From positions 1 through 64,000 of the IMG/VR virus record IMGVR_UViG_3300032782_000001: a stretch of 64,000 bases of DNA; one strand, given 5' to 3'. Positions within the stretch are counted from its first letter, which is position 1, and each line of letters opens with the position of its first letter. Under the pieces are notes generated by a model, which saw only the letters and a list, made by a program, of their open reading frames with translations, was not told where the DNA came from and ran no database searches. Of the stretch, positions 1 through 8,698 are shown one piece after another. The position numbers and the translations under genes are program-made.

Positions 1-117
1 CAACACCTTGAAACCTTCTCCGAGCTCCGTCCCTCCGTCTTCGGCCATCGCGCTCATCGCATCCGCAACGGCGTCCGCAACTTCGAAATTTTGCAAACGT
101 CCAGCAGATCGGCCCAT
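1..117 (-). CDS. hypothetical protein, runs off the window edge
   Basis: ATG at 117 after promoter cassette and GGAGG; MGRSAGRLQNFEV... open to position 1. Confidence 0.6.
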   Translation of the reverse strand, partial: MGRSAGRLQNFEVADAVADAMSAMAEDGGTELGEGFKVL

Positions 118-120
118 GGT

Positions 121-164
121 CGTCGCCTCCGTCCGCCAATACGACGGACGGAGGCGAATTTCCG
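121..164 (-). promoter_or_regulatory. promoter/RBS cassette with spacer complementary to its RBS
   Basis: CGGAAATTC-N12-CGTAT...GGAGGCGAC; TCGCCTCCGTCCG/CGGACGGAGGCGA inverted repeat. Confidence 0.7.
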
Positions 165-165
165 A

Positions 166-393
166 TCACCCGTCGTCTTGCGCGTCCGCGGTCGCCTCTT
201 CTTCCGTGTCGAAGGGACCGTTCGGCGTCCCGTCAGGCACGCACCCGGGGAAGCAGGCCCACCAGTACCAGCCTGCAGCGAGCTTCTCGCCGTCTTCGGC
301 CTCCAGCTCACCTTCCGGGGCGTAGAAGACCTCGGCGTTCGGCAGAGCCGTCTCTTCGGTCTCACGGCTCTTGTCGGTGTAAATCTGCGGCAT
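166..393 (-). CDS. acidic hypothetical protein
   Basis: ORF track; ATG after GGAGGTGAC cassette. Confidence 0.8.
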   Translation of the reverse strand: MPQIYTDKSRETEETALPNAEVFYAPEGELEAEDGEKLAAGWYWWACFPGCVPDGTPNGPFDTEEEATADAQDDG

Positions 394-395
394 TG

Positions 396-440
396 TCGTC
401 ACCTCCGATCTAGAGTACGACCGGAGGTGACGAACTTACG
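396..440 (-). promoter_or_regulatory. promoter/RBS cassette with anti-SD spacer
   Basis: CGTAAGTTC-GTCACCTCCGGT-CGTAC...GGAGGTGAC. Confidence 0.75.
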
Positions 441-443
441 GCC

Positions 444-704
444 TTACGGCACCTGCCAAGTCCCGTCGCCTTCGTAGTAGAAGACAGACGCGCCGCTCGG
501 CAGCTCGACGAACGGGCAGTAACCGCCGCGGTCTGACCCTTCTGGGTGTTCGTCCACGTAGCCCTTGCACCCTTCCGGCAAGGGTACGTCCTGGTCTTCG
601 ACCCAGCCCTCCCCGCGGGCCACTTCCTTCGTCAAAGTCACCACGCCCTTGTGGACAGACGGGGTGCAGCCTTCGAGGTACTTGAGAAGCTCAGTCCTGT
701 TCAC
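444..704 (-). CDS. hypothetical protein
   Basis: GTG start after cassette at 706-749. Confidence 0.8.
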   Translation of the reverse strand: MNRTELLKYLEGCTPSVHKGVVTLTKEVARGEGWVEDQDVPLPEGCKGYVDEHPEGSDRGGYCPFVELPSGASVFYYEGDGTWQVP

Positions 705-757
705 GTCGTCACCTCCGCACCTGAGTACGCGCGGAGGTGACGAACTTGCCCTTTGTT

Positions 758-1012
758 TTACTTGGACTGGACAACCGTCACTTGGAACTCCGATCCGTCC
801 GTGAGACGGAGGACGAATCCGGCGTTGTTCGTGAGGACCATGGCCTCCTCGAAGGAGCGAAGGTCTGCACCGACCAGCACAGCCCCATCGTCCAAGCCGG
901 ACTCCACCTCGGTCGAAAGACCGATGGTCTCCTGAAGCAGAGTCGCCATTTCCATCTCGTCCATCGTAGCGATGACCTCACCGATCCGGGCCGTGTGTAC
1001 GCTCTTCGCCAT
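758..1012 (-). CDS. hypothetical protein
   Basis: MAKSVHT... after cassette at 1014-1059. Confidence 0.8.
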   Translation of the reverse strand: MAKSVHTARIGEVIATMDEMEMATLLQETIGLSTEVESGLDDGAVLVGADLRSFEEAMVLTNNAGFVLRLTDGSEFQVTVVQSK

Positions 1013-1073
1013 CGTCGTCACCTCCGACTCTGGATACGACGATGGCCGGCGGATTTTCGCTCCGCCGGCCATC

Positions 1074-1427
1074 GAGACTGCACACCCGCGCTTGCCGGTT
1101 CTCCGGCTCTCAGCAAAGTTTGGAGGCGGCCACCAGCCGCCCGCTTTGACCCTTCCTCATCGGCCTCCTCACTTTCTGCGCCAGACCTCCGGTCTGGGAG
1201 AGCGTTGACCTCACCTATCCACGCCGTGCGAGTTGTCTCTTAACTGGGGGCCGGAGAACGGCAGCTTCGATCTCCCACCGCTAGCTGACGATCTTACCCC
1301 ACCCGGCGGCCGCAAGCCGCGCGATATAACGCAATCGGACTGCCTTTCCTTCGTAGGAGGTTGGTTTCTAGGACCTGTATGCCGCCGCGCGGTGGCCGGC
1401 CACCGCGCTCTCCCCGCTTGCGATCTC
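1074..1427 (-). ncRNA. candidate structured ncRNA (~354 nt)
   Basis: own promoter motif at 1430-1455 with no canonical RBS/ORF; 5'/3' closing stem, two interleaved long-range stems, several local hairpins. Confidence 0.6.
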
Positions 1428-1450
1428 CGGTACGCCGCGCGTCGCCGAAC

Positions 1451-1585
1451 TTACGACCGGAGCAACGAGCCGATCGCCTCGCGCGTCTCCAGACAGATCG
1501 CCAGCTGCGCCTCGGTGATCTTGCCCTCGTCGTACCACGCGAGGATCTTCTTCACGCTGCTGAACCGCACGCTCTTCTTCGCCAT
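1451..1585 (-). CDS. small hypothetical protein (44 aa, MAKKSVRFSSVKK...)
   Basis: manual translation; preceded by cassette at 1590-1632. Confidence 0.7.
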   Translation of the reverse strand: MAKKSVRFSSVKKILAWYDEGKITEAQLAICLETREAIGSLLRS

Positions 1586-1644
1586 CGGTCTCACCTCCAC
1601 AACCGAATACGACGCGGATCGCCAGACTTACGACCGCGCCCACA

Positions 1645-1684
1645 ATTCCCCTTTAAAATTGAACTGGGAATTTTAAAGGGGAAT
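1645..1684. repeat. 16-bp AT-rich inverted repeat between divergent promoters
   Basis: ATTCCCCTTTAAAATT-N8-AATTTTAAAGGGGAAT. Confidence 0.8.
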
Positions 1685-1749
1685 CCCTCGCCCAGCGGGC
1701 GCCGCAAATCCGACAGGGCCCGTCGTATCCAGGGACGGAGGTGATGACG

Positions 1750-2115
1750 ATGACGACGAACAACGCAGCGAGCTACCCGTTCCTCAGCAAGGCCCAGATC
1801 AAGGATCGCCTGGCCCAAGACCCGGACTTCGTCCGGGAGTGCGCCCTGATCATGCAGGATCGCCAGACGGCCTACGAGCAGGCCACCCTCACCACGAAGG
1901 ACCGCAACCGCAAGGGCTGGATGAGCAGCCACGCCGTCAACGGCGGCAAGCTCACCGCCAAGCTCCGCCAGGGAGAGGCCCTCGAAGCCGAGGAGTGGCT
2001 CAAGCTCCAGGAGATGGTCTCGCACTACGGCAAGCAGCTCGCGAGCCACTTCCGGGAGGCGGCCATCGAAGCCAACCCGACCCTCAAGGCCGCGGCCGCG
2101 ATCTTCGGCGTCTGA
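1750..2115 (+). CDS. hypothetical phage protein
   Basis: GC3-rich ORF after cassette at 1703-1745. Confidence 0.85.
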   Translation: MTTNNAASYPFLSKAQIKDRLAQDPDFVRECALIMQDRQTAYEQATLTTKDRNRKGWMSSHAVNGGKLTAKLRQGEALEAEEWLKLQEMVSHYGKQLASHFREAAIEANPTLKAAAAIFGV

Positions 2116-2123
2116 TCCAACCA

Positions 2124-2153
2124 GGCCCCGCCCGGGTTCTTCCGGGCGGGGCC
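2124..2153 (+). terminator. GC hairpin, possible terminator
   Basis: GGCCCCGCCCGG-loop-CCGGGCGGGGCC after stop; no U-tract. Confidence 0.5.
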
Positions 2154-2214
2154 TGCCCGTCAAAGCGGCCGCAAATCTGATGCGGCCGCGCGTATTGACA
2201 TTCGGAGGGTAACG

Positions 2215-2463
2215 ATGATCGACACGAGCTGCACGCTCACCGTGGGCGACTTGCTGGAAGCATTGAAGGCCGGTCGCGTGACCCCGGACACCTGCCTGGG
2301 ATACGCCGTTCGAGGGTTCCCGTCCGATGGCGTGGAGTCCATCTCTGCCATCAGCTTCCACAAATACGAGGACGGGACCCGGGTCCTCATCTTCTTGAAC
2401 GACGTTAACTCCCCACAAGTCGCTCGCGACGTCGTACCGCTGGAAGCCGAAGATTTGACCTGA
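2215..2463 (+). CDS. hypothetical protein
   Basis: after cassette at 2170-2210. Confidence 0.75.
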   Translation: MIDTSCTLTVGDLLEALKAGRVTPDTCLGYAVRGFPSDGVESISAISFHKYEDGTRVLIFLNDVNSPQVARDVVPLEAEDLT

Positions 2464-2468
2464 CCCCT

Positions 2469-2501
2469 AAGGCCGGGCTCGCGAAAGCGGGTTCCGGCCT
2501 T
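2469..2501. terminator. hairpin between convergent genes
   Basis: AAGGCCGGGCTCGC-GAAA-GCGGGTTCCGGCCTT. Confidence 0.6.
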
Positions 2502-2509
2502 CGTCGTTC

Positions 2510-2731
2510 TTACTCTGATGGGATGTTAAATCCCTTGGGGTGACCTTCAGGAATATCTGCCAAGATATCTTTTGAAAGATCCCCTTTAAAAGCCAATCCA
2601 ATACACCCCTTTGAACAATAGTCCTTACGGATCGCCTTCAAAGACGAGTCCCCCTCTACTTTAAGGACTAGCCAGTTAGAAGGGATGGACTGCCCGACAA
2701 CCGATTTTCCGCAAGTATTACAAACCCACAT
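2510..2731 (-). CDS. small Cys-rich protein
   Basis: CNTC...YCSKGC. Confidence 0.55.
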   Translation of the reverse strand: MWVCNTCGKSVVGQSIPSNWLVLKVEGDSSLKAIRKDYCSKGCIGLAFKGDLSKDILADIPEGHPKGFNIPSE

Positions 2732-2744
2732 GAAGAACAATACT

Positions 2745-2771
2745 TGGCAGGGGATCGTCGATCCCCTGCCA
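2745..2771. repeat. TGGCA-N17-TGCCA palindrome, copy 1
   Basis: TGGCAGGGGATCGTCGATCCCCTGCCA. Confidence 0.8.
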
Positions 2772-2816
2772 AGTATTTGTTTCAACCAGGGAATTTGCCC
2801 GTGTCGGGCCGAGCTT

Positions 2817-3272
2817 TCAAGATGGGACGACGAAATTTCCGCTTGAAAGAGCTGCCTGAAGGGACTTCATCATCACTTCCGGCGGGACGACACGCACGTC
2901 TCCCTCGACATCCGCGGCCATCCCAACCAGATCTTCCCAAGTGGCCGGAGGCGTCTCACCCTCCTCCAAATCCCACCCGACTTGGTCCCAAACCCCCTCC
3001 ATGTCGTCGTAAAGACCCATGGAGCCCCTGGTCCCACCCCCATGGATTTTCTCGTCAGCCGCTTCCACCGCGGCAGCCATCTCCGGAGTCCCTCCACCCG
3101 GAACTTTGAAAGCCTGCCATCCCCACGGCCCACTAACCGCCACATACGCGTCGCTCATAGCCGCCAGTACGCGGCGCAGCGCCGCACTTACGCGGACGCG
3201 ACTCGGTTTTTGACTGCGGTCAATTTTATCCGCAATTTGGCGCAAAGAAGCAGCAACCCGAGAAGGCGTCAT
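2817..3272 (-). CDS. protein with PSRVAASLRxIADKID leader (paralog of 14874-15284)
   Basis: near-identical 39-aa N-terminus. Confidence 0.85.
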   Translation of the reverse strand: MTPSRVAASLRQIADKIDRSQKPSRVRVSAALRRVLAAMSDAYVAVSGPWGWQAFKVPGGGTPEMAAAVEAADEKIHGGGTRGSMGLYDDMEGVWDQVGWDLEEGETPPATWEDLVGMAADVEGDVRVVPPEVMMKSLQAALSSGNFVVPS

Positions 3273-3363
3273 GCTTCTCTCCGTCAAAGGAGTTTTAGAA
3301 TCACGTCGCCACTTGCGTCAGCGGACCAAATTTTTGCCCCGCTTGCGTACGCGCGCGCAGGTA

Positions 3364-3390
3364 TGGCAGGTATTTCTGCGATCCCTGCCA
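3364..3390. repeat. TGGCA-N17-TGCCA palindrome, copy 2
   Basis: TGGCAGGTATTTCTGCGATCCCTGCCA. Confidence 0.7.
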
Positions 3391-3659
3391 GGGATCGAGC
3401 CGATCCTTCTAGTTAGGTTCGCCTTTTTGGCGTTTCTTTACTGAAGAGCCAAGTCATTCCGAGCACGGTGGTCACCAACCCCACCAAGAAGTAAGGCGGC
3501 GGGTATTCGTAGAGAAGCGCACCCAGCAAAGTAAAGCTGAGTCCGGAGATCACCAGGGCGACGGGAAAAAGGCGAGGCTTCACGAGTAAAAACCGGACCC
3601 TGGAGCCGCATGGTCGCCGGTTGGAGGTGACGACGGTCGGCTCCAGGGTCCCAAGGTGT

Positions 3660-3845
3660 TCAGTCGATGCGCCGCGCCTCCAAGCCCTTCTTCGTCGGAC
3701 GAAGGGTTCCGTCCACCTCGACGATGAAACCCTTCTTGACGAGGGCGAATCGCCGTCGACCGTCGATGGCGTGGGCCGGACACGGCTCCTTCACGTCGTC
3801 GCAATAGACAATTGAGAGCAGGGCCATCCAGGTTTCGAAAGTCAC
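3660..3845 (-). CDS. hypothetical protein
   Basis: SD GGAGG; GTGA overlap with upstream gene. Confidence 0.65.
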   Translation of the reverse strand: MTFETWMALLSIVYCDDVKEPCPAHAIDGRRRFALVKKGFIVEVDGTLRPTKKGLEARRID

Positions 3846-4201
3846 GGCGATTCCTCCTTCTTAGAACGCTCTGCGTCAAGGACCTTCTTGGCCCGGACGA
3901 ACAACTCCCGCCAGTAGACGTGGCTGAAGTAAACGGAGATAGACGAGTTCTTCCCCGGATTGAGGCCCCGGAGGCACTCGAGCAAGTCAGCATCCGAAAG
4001 CCCGTTCGCCGTGGCGAACGCTGCCTCGTACTGCGCTTGAGGAACGAGATTGAAGAGCTGCTCCACGAGCGGAACCTTCTCAGGTAGGTCCGGCGGACCG
4101 TCGCTCGGAGCCGGCGCGTTGTCCTTCACCAGCTTGGCAATGGCCTGAAGCTGGGCCTTTGCCTCCTCGAGCTTGTGCTCAACTTTCTCGTCGGATCCCA
4201 T
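3842..4201 (-). CDS. hypothetical protein
   Basis: SD GGAGG; ORF track. Confidence 0.8.
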   Translation of the reverse strand: MGSDEKVEHKLEEAKAQLQAIAKLVKDNAPAPSDGPPDLPEKVPLVEQLFNLVPQAQYEAAFATANGLSDADLLECLRGLNPGKNSSISVYFSHVYWRELFVRAKKVLDAERSKKEESP

Positions 4202-4245
4202 TTAATCAAAACCTCCGACCGATCTTACGTTGAAAAGCAGAAGGT

Positions 4246-4473
4246 TTACGACGTTTCGTAGACCTTCAAACTCTCCCACGCCGGGATAGCAAACTGCTCG
4301 TCGTAGTCCCGCTCCGTGTCGTTCATGTCCTGCCGCCAGTCGATCTCGTGCTGATAGCAGGACTTGCAAACGATGGCATTGGAATCGCCACCCGTCGGCA
4401 GAAGCCGGACTTCACCTTCGACGCAGATCCCGAGCTGCTTGTCACAGCGAGGATTGTTGTAATGAGTCGCCAA
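4246..4473 (-). CDS. hypothetical protein
   Basis: TTG start after cassette at 4476-4520. Confidence 0.7.
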   Translation of the reverse strand: MATHYNNPRCDKQLGICVEGEVRLLPTGGDSNAIVCKSCYQHEIDWRQDMNDTERDYDEQFAIPAWESLKVYETS

Positions 4474-4528
4474 GTTCGTCACCTCCGGATCCAAATACGA
4501 CCGGAGGTGACGAACTTGCGCCGTCGCG

Positions 4529-4999
4529 TCAGTCCAGACGATCGTCCTGACCACAACGAGGGTCGCACTGGCCCGGAGGCGCCCCGCACTCCTCGCAATC
4601 GTCCGAGTGGTCTTCCGGGTCGGAATTGTCATCGCAGATGGGAGTCCCACCCAAGGCTTCGAGAACCGCCGTCACCGTCTTGCAAACGGACGTCTCGGCC
4701 GTCCGAGGAGAACAGAGGGTCTCGCAAATTTTCCAAGACCGGACGTATTGCCAACCGTCGACGTAAGGAAGGGACAATCCCTCCCAACGGTCGTGACGCC
4801 AAGGGATCTCCCCGTGGTTCTCCTTGTCGATGTGCTTCGCCAACAGGTCGCAGACGACCCGGGCAAGCTCCTCCGAAGCACACAGGACCAAATGGTCCGT
4901 GTCCGGAGCCTCCCCGTCGTAATCGCCGTAGATCGCCCAGCAAGGCACGGCCAGAATCGGCTTGGCCAACTCGTAGATCTTCTCGAGGTCCTCAGTCAC
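4529..4999 (-). CDS. hypothetical protein with Cys-rich C-terminus
   Basis: after cassette at 5001-5045. Confidence 0.8.
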   Translation of the reverse strand: MTEDLEKIYELAKPILAVPCWAIYGDYDGEAPDTDHLVLCASEELARVVCDLLAKHIDKENHGEIPWRHDRWEGLSLPYVDGWQYVRSWKICETLCSPRTAETSVCKTVTAVLEALGGTPICDDNSDPEDHSDDCEECGAPPGQCDPRCGQDDRLD

Positions 5000-5062
5000 G
5001 TCGTCACCTCCGCGATCGGATACGACGCGGCCCGGCGGATTTCTGCGATCGCGCCGAGTTCT

Positions 5063-5359
5063 TCAAAAACTCCCGGCGGTTGAGCTGCGGTCGAACGACA
5101 GGATCATGTCGTTCCCGAAGAGTTTCTCGGCCACCTTCCGGTTCTCCGTCGGAGTTCCTTCTTCCAAGGGATGGACTTTGGAAGCCGGCACCCGGACGTT
5201 CTCGTACATGGAGTGCCACTTCACGACGTACGTGACCCTTCCAATCCCCGGCTTCCGATTCGGGTCGAGCTCGTTGGAGACCACCTCGCCTTCCACGAGC
5301 CGTCCCTTGAGGACGAAACCGACCTTCGAACCCTTCGGAAGAACCTTGTAACCACTCAT
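5063..5359 (-). CDS. hypothetical protein
   Basis: after cassette at 5367-5409. Confidence 0.8.
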   Translation of the reverse strand: MSGYKVLPKGSKVGFVLKGRLVEGEVVSNELDPNRKPGIGRVTYVVKWHSMYENVRVPASKVHPLEEGTPTENRKVAEKLFGNDMILSFDRSSTAGSF

Positions 5360-5437
5360 CCGGCCATCACCTCCTGCCCCCGATACGCCGCGGAACCGCC
5401 AGATTTGCGCCCCGGCTTCAAAGGGGACCTTTAAAGA

Positions 5438-5638
5438 CTAACTCTTCATGACTTCAAGGATGATTTTCTCTTCGCAAGGGACCCACTCCGGAACGGGTCC
5501 AGTACCTTGGACTGGCACGTGGAGATTCCAAGGAGGCTTCCTGGAAGACCAGTGGACTCCTCCGCATTTGGAACACCTCCATTTTAGAGCTCCTTCGGGT
5601 TCTTCCTGGACCCAGACGTGCCCCGAATGTCTTCCCAT
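5438..5638 (-). CDS. VMES-tag protein, HxW/CxxC type
   Basis: ends EEKIILEVMKS. Confidence 0.8.
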   Translation of the reverse strand: MGRHSGHVWVQEEPEGALKWRCSKCGGVHWSSRKPPWNLHVPVQGTGPVPEWVPCEEKIILEVMKS

Positions 5639-5814
5639 AAGCTAAAACGTAAATTCGAACCGGTCAGACGTATCCGGAATCAACAAACATAAATGTACCG
5701 GAAGACGGGATCATTTCAACGAACGTCCGGTATTTCGGGGGGTTTGGAAGTTCCGGGTGATTGGGAGTTGGAGGTCCGGAAGTTCGGGGATTTGGAAGTT
5801 TCGGGAGGTTGGGG

Positions 5815-6105
5815 ATGTTCCGTCGGCTCGTCGGGGTATGGGGCTGGTTCAGGCGTCGATTTCGGTCTTTGCCTCCAGCTCCTCCCAGTCTTCTGGCATG
5901 TGATCACCAGGTTTTGAAAATCCCGTTGTTTTCTCGGGATGGTCGGTGGCAGTCTTGCGGGTGTCCGGCGGCTCATTGGTTCTTGAGGGAGTATGATGGG
6001 TGTTTGGTACCTGTCTGTTCCCGGCATTTCAGTCTTTGGATCCTGCATGGCTGGCATTCCGTCTCTTGGGACGAAGCCCTTGTAGCCCAAGTCATGTTCT
6101 CTTGA
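5815..6105 (+). CDS. VMES-tag protein, Zn-module type
   Basis: ends DEALVAQVMFS; SD GGGAGG. Confidence 0.7.
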   Translation: MFRRLVGVWGWFRRRFRSLPPAPPSLLACDHQVLKIPLFSRDGRWQSCGCPAAHWFLREYDGCLVPVCSRHFSLWILHGWHSVSWDEALVAQVMFS

Positions 6106-6432
6106 GTCTGGCCCTGGAACGGGTCCTTCTTGCGTTCCGTTGCCCCTTCCTTCGTCTCGAACCAGTCTGACGGTCCTCTTGGGCCCTAGAACCTCCCCGA
6201 CGCCACGGAAAAACCGCTCCCTTTCGCGGGCGCCCGCGCAGGTGTGCCATATATTGGCCGAACTCCTGTCATACATTTTCCTACATAATGAACAGGGATT
6301 CTGTTTTATGGTCTGTCGGGTCTATGTTAAGGCGTGTGGCCCTAGGGGTGTTGTTTTGAAATTTCCTTGTTGGACCGCCAAACTGGATTCCAACTTGTTA
6401 AAGGTGATCTTCCCCCTAGTCACCTTTCATTC

Positions 6433-6693
6433 TCAGCTCGACATGATGTTCCATACGACGAATTCGTTGAAGGAGATTTCACGGATGTCGGGTGGAAGAA
6501 TGGTTCCGTCGTCCATTCTTTTGTAGGTTTTGGAGACTCGTTGCCATTCTTCGGCGCAGGTTGGGCAGCAGCTGAAGGTGTTTTTGGTGGTCAGGCCTTG
6601 GAAGTAGACGGAGGTTGGGTTGGGGCAGGGTCCTTTGAAGGACAGGCAGGATTCTGGGTCCCAGGCGAAGTCTTTGGGGTTTCGGACGGTCAT
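6433..6693 (-). CDS. VMES-tag protein
   Basis: ends EFVVWNIMSS. Confidence 0.8.
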   Translation of the reverse strand: MTVRNPKDFAWDPESCLSFKGPCPNPTSVYFQGLTTKNTFSCCPTCAEEWQRVSKTYKRMDDGTILPPDIREISFNEFVVWNIMSS

Positions 6694-6947
6694 GCGTCCA
6701 TCACTTGGGCGACGAGGAATTCTGCTTCTGAGAGTTCTTCCACTTTAACCCATTGGCCAAGGAATTTCAGATATCGCGGTTTATCGGCGTGGGGGCTGAG
6801 GAATTGGAGTTTTCCGTGGGTGGGGCATCGGGCGAAGGTTCGGATGGTTCGTCCGAACAATGTACCTCGGAAGAATTTTGTGGCGGGTTCGCCGCATTCT
6901 TTTTCCGGGTCTAGCGGGTTTTCTGCGTAGTCGCAGGAGTTCTTCAC
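6690..6947 (-). CDS. VMES-tag protein, Zn-module type
   Basis: CGEPA...RCPTH; ends EFLVAQVMDA. Confidence 0.8.
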   Translation of the reverse strand: MKNSCDYAENPLDPEKECGEPATKFFRGTLFGRTIRTFARCPTHGKLQFLSPHADKPRYLKFLGQWVKVEELSEAEFLVAQVMDA

Positions 6948-7159
6948 GAGTCCATCACCTGTCGGCAGATGAATTCTTCTCGGGAGATTTCAATCGGCTC
7001 CATCGGAGCCCCGCGGATTTCCATCGGAAGCAGTCCGTTTAGGCAACATTGGTTACAAGTTCCCCATACGAACATTTTTCCTTCTTGGCGTTCGTACTGG
7101 AAGAATCGAGAGGCTTCGTTCTGGCAGTCGTCTATGCAGGGGATGGGTTCCGTTTTCAC
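6944..7159 (-). CDS. VMES-tag protein
   Basis: ends EEFICRQVMDS. Confidence 0.8.
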   Translation of the reverse strand: MKTEPIPCIDDCQNEASRFFQYERQEGKMFVWGTCNQCCLNGLLPMEIRGAPMEPIEISREEFICRQVMDS

Positions 7160-7956
7160 GAGTCCATCACTTGGGCGACCAGGTACTCTTCCAGGGAGAT
7201 TTCCTGGATGTCATGTCCTGAATCTCGGGCGTGGTATCCGCATCGGGCCACGTTCAGGCGGGCGATCCTTCCTGAGAATTCGAATTCATCTCGGAAGAAT
7301 CGGACGGCCGGGTTTTGGCATTGTCCGGGGTCCAGTTTTTCCCAGTCGCATGGAATTCGGGGGTTTTCCGCGTCCCAGAGTTTTTGAAGCCTCTCCATTT
7401 CTTTCTGGAGGAGTGCTTGTCCGTCGAGTCCGTAGATCTGGTTGTCGAATTCGATGATTTTTTTCCGGTGTTCGGAGGGTCGGCTTGGGAGGCCCAGCGG
7501 GTTGACCATGAGCCAGTGCAGTTCTTTCGGAATCCGGTTTCCGGGGGAGGTGTCCAGGATGACCGGTTGTGGTCCTTCTCCGTCTTTCGGGTCTCCGTAT
7601 TCTTGACCGTCGTAGACGACCACGGGGAATGCGCCTTGGAGGTTGGGGAAGTGTGGGGAGTATTGGAAGATGTCAATTCGTCCGCATTGGAGCGCCATCC
7701 ATCGGCAGATGGTCCAGATGTATTCCCTTTCCAGGGAGCTACAGTTGTAGTCGAAGCCGATCCTGCACGGTCCGTCGTCGTAGGATAGGCTTTCGTTCGT
7801 CGGCAGTCCGTCTTCCAGTGGACCTCGGTAGTAGACTGGTTGGTCTGCCGGTTTTCCCAGGAGTTCGGGGAATTTCCGCAGGTTCTTTTCCAGGAAGGCG
7901 AGCATTCGCTTTTTGGCGATTTCGCTAGCCATTGGCGCAGTAATGCTGTAGCCCAC
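7156..7956 (-). CDS. VMES-tag protein; unknown domain fused to a Zn module
   Basis: ends CQNPA...RCGYH...EEYLVAQVMDS. Confidence 0.85.
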   Translation of the reverse strand: MGYSITAPMASEIAKKRMLAFLEKNLRKFPELLGKPADQPVYYRGPLEDGLPTNESLSYDDGPCRIGFDYNCSSLEREYIWTICRWMALQCGRIDIFQYSPHFPNLQGAFPVVVYDGQEYGDPKDGEGPQPVILDTSPGNRIPKELHWLMVNPLGLPSRPSEHRKKIIEFDNQIYGLDGQALLQKEMERLQKLWDAENPRIPCDWEKLDPGQCQNPAVRFFRDEFEFSGRIARLNVARCGYHARDSGHDIQEISLEEYLVAQVMDS

Positions 7957-7959
7957 CGT

Positions 7960-8163
7960 TTAGCTCTCCATGACTTGTCGGACGACGAATTCTTCCAGGG
8001 TAACAAGTTTAGATTCCCATCCCTGGATGGAGTGAACTCGACATCTTGAAATGAATAGACGGGATGCTTTGAAGTAGTAGAAGTAAATGGATCTTTTACC
8101 GCACCTCGGTTCCTCGACAAGCCGGTCGGCTCCAGCATCGCACGGAATGAATTCGTCTCTCAT
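7960..8163 (-). CDS. VMES-tag protein, Zn-module type
   Basis: ends EEFVVRQVMES; ATGA overlap. Confidence 0.8.
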   Translation of the reverse strand: MRDEFIPCDAGADRLVEEPRCGKRSIYFYYFKASRLFISRCRVHSIQGWESKLVTLEEFVVRQVMES

Positions 8164-8348
8164 GATTCCATGACTTGTCGGATGACGAATTCTTCTCGTG
8201 AAATTTCTTTCGTATATTTTTCTCGCCGGCAGGTCGGGCAGTGTGAAGCGCAGCGTCCTTTCAATTTCCGGAATTTGGAGATTTGGAAGAATCGGATAGC
8301 TGGCAGTCCGCAGACGTATCCCGGTTGTGTGTAGTCGCAGGTGATCAC
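8160..8348 (-). CDS. VMES-tag protein, Zn-module type
   Basis: ends EEFVIRQVMES; GTGA overlap. Confidence 0.8.
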   Translation of the reverse strand: MITCDYTQPGYVCGLPAIRFFQISKFRKLKGRCASHCPTCRREKYTKEISREEFVIRQVMES

Positions 8349-8650
8349 GGGTTTTCCGGCAGGAATTGCACGTCCACCAGGATGTCCGGGTCCACCCGAG
8401 CGTAGTACCCGTATTCGGCTTTGTCCAACCGATCGTCTCGAATCCCGATATCGCCAAAGCGGCTCACCGACGCGATCAGCACTTTGGAGCCGGCTTTCGC
8501 CATCCGCGTCGTCGTGTGTTCTTCCACCGGATGGGATCCATCCCAGATATGCATTTGGCAGTCCACCAGGAGGGTCGCGGTGGCGAAGTAGCCTTTGACT
8601 TCGAAAGTCGCCTTTCGCCGATACATCTCTTCCAAGATCTTCGCGTCCAT
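8345..8650 (-). CDS. hypothetical protein
   Basis: after cassette at 8652-8695. Confidence 0.8.
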   Translation of the reverse strand: MDAKILEEMYRRKATFEVKGYFATATLLVDCQMHIWDGSHPVEEHTTTRMAKAGSKVLIASVSRFGDIGIRDDRLDKAEYGYYARVDPDILVDVQFLPENP

Positions 8651-8698
8651 CGTCGCCTCCAGATCGCAATACGTCTCGACCTTTCGGATTTCCGTCGA

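Noticed and set aside
166-402. ORF-track starts reading MTTM... (also 12478, 13238, 20855, 43134)
   Set aside because: The GTG used is part of the GGAGGTGAC RBS; true starts are a few codons downstream.
121-1060. Recurring GTCACCTCC...GGAGGTGAC units as a CRISPR array
   Set aside because: Units are degenerate, about 300 bp apart, each precedes an ORF, and no cas genes are present; they are promoter/RBS cassettes.
1074-1427. Identification of the candidate ncRNA as tmRNA or RNase P RNA
   Set aside because: No tRNA-like T arm or CCA end and no clear GAGGAAAGUCC-type P4 consensus; left unassigned.
2745-2771. TGGCA sites as sigma54 promoters
   Set aside because: No TTGC -12 element at the proper distance; the sites are symmetric palindromes.
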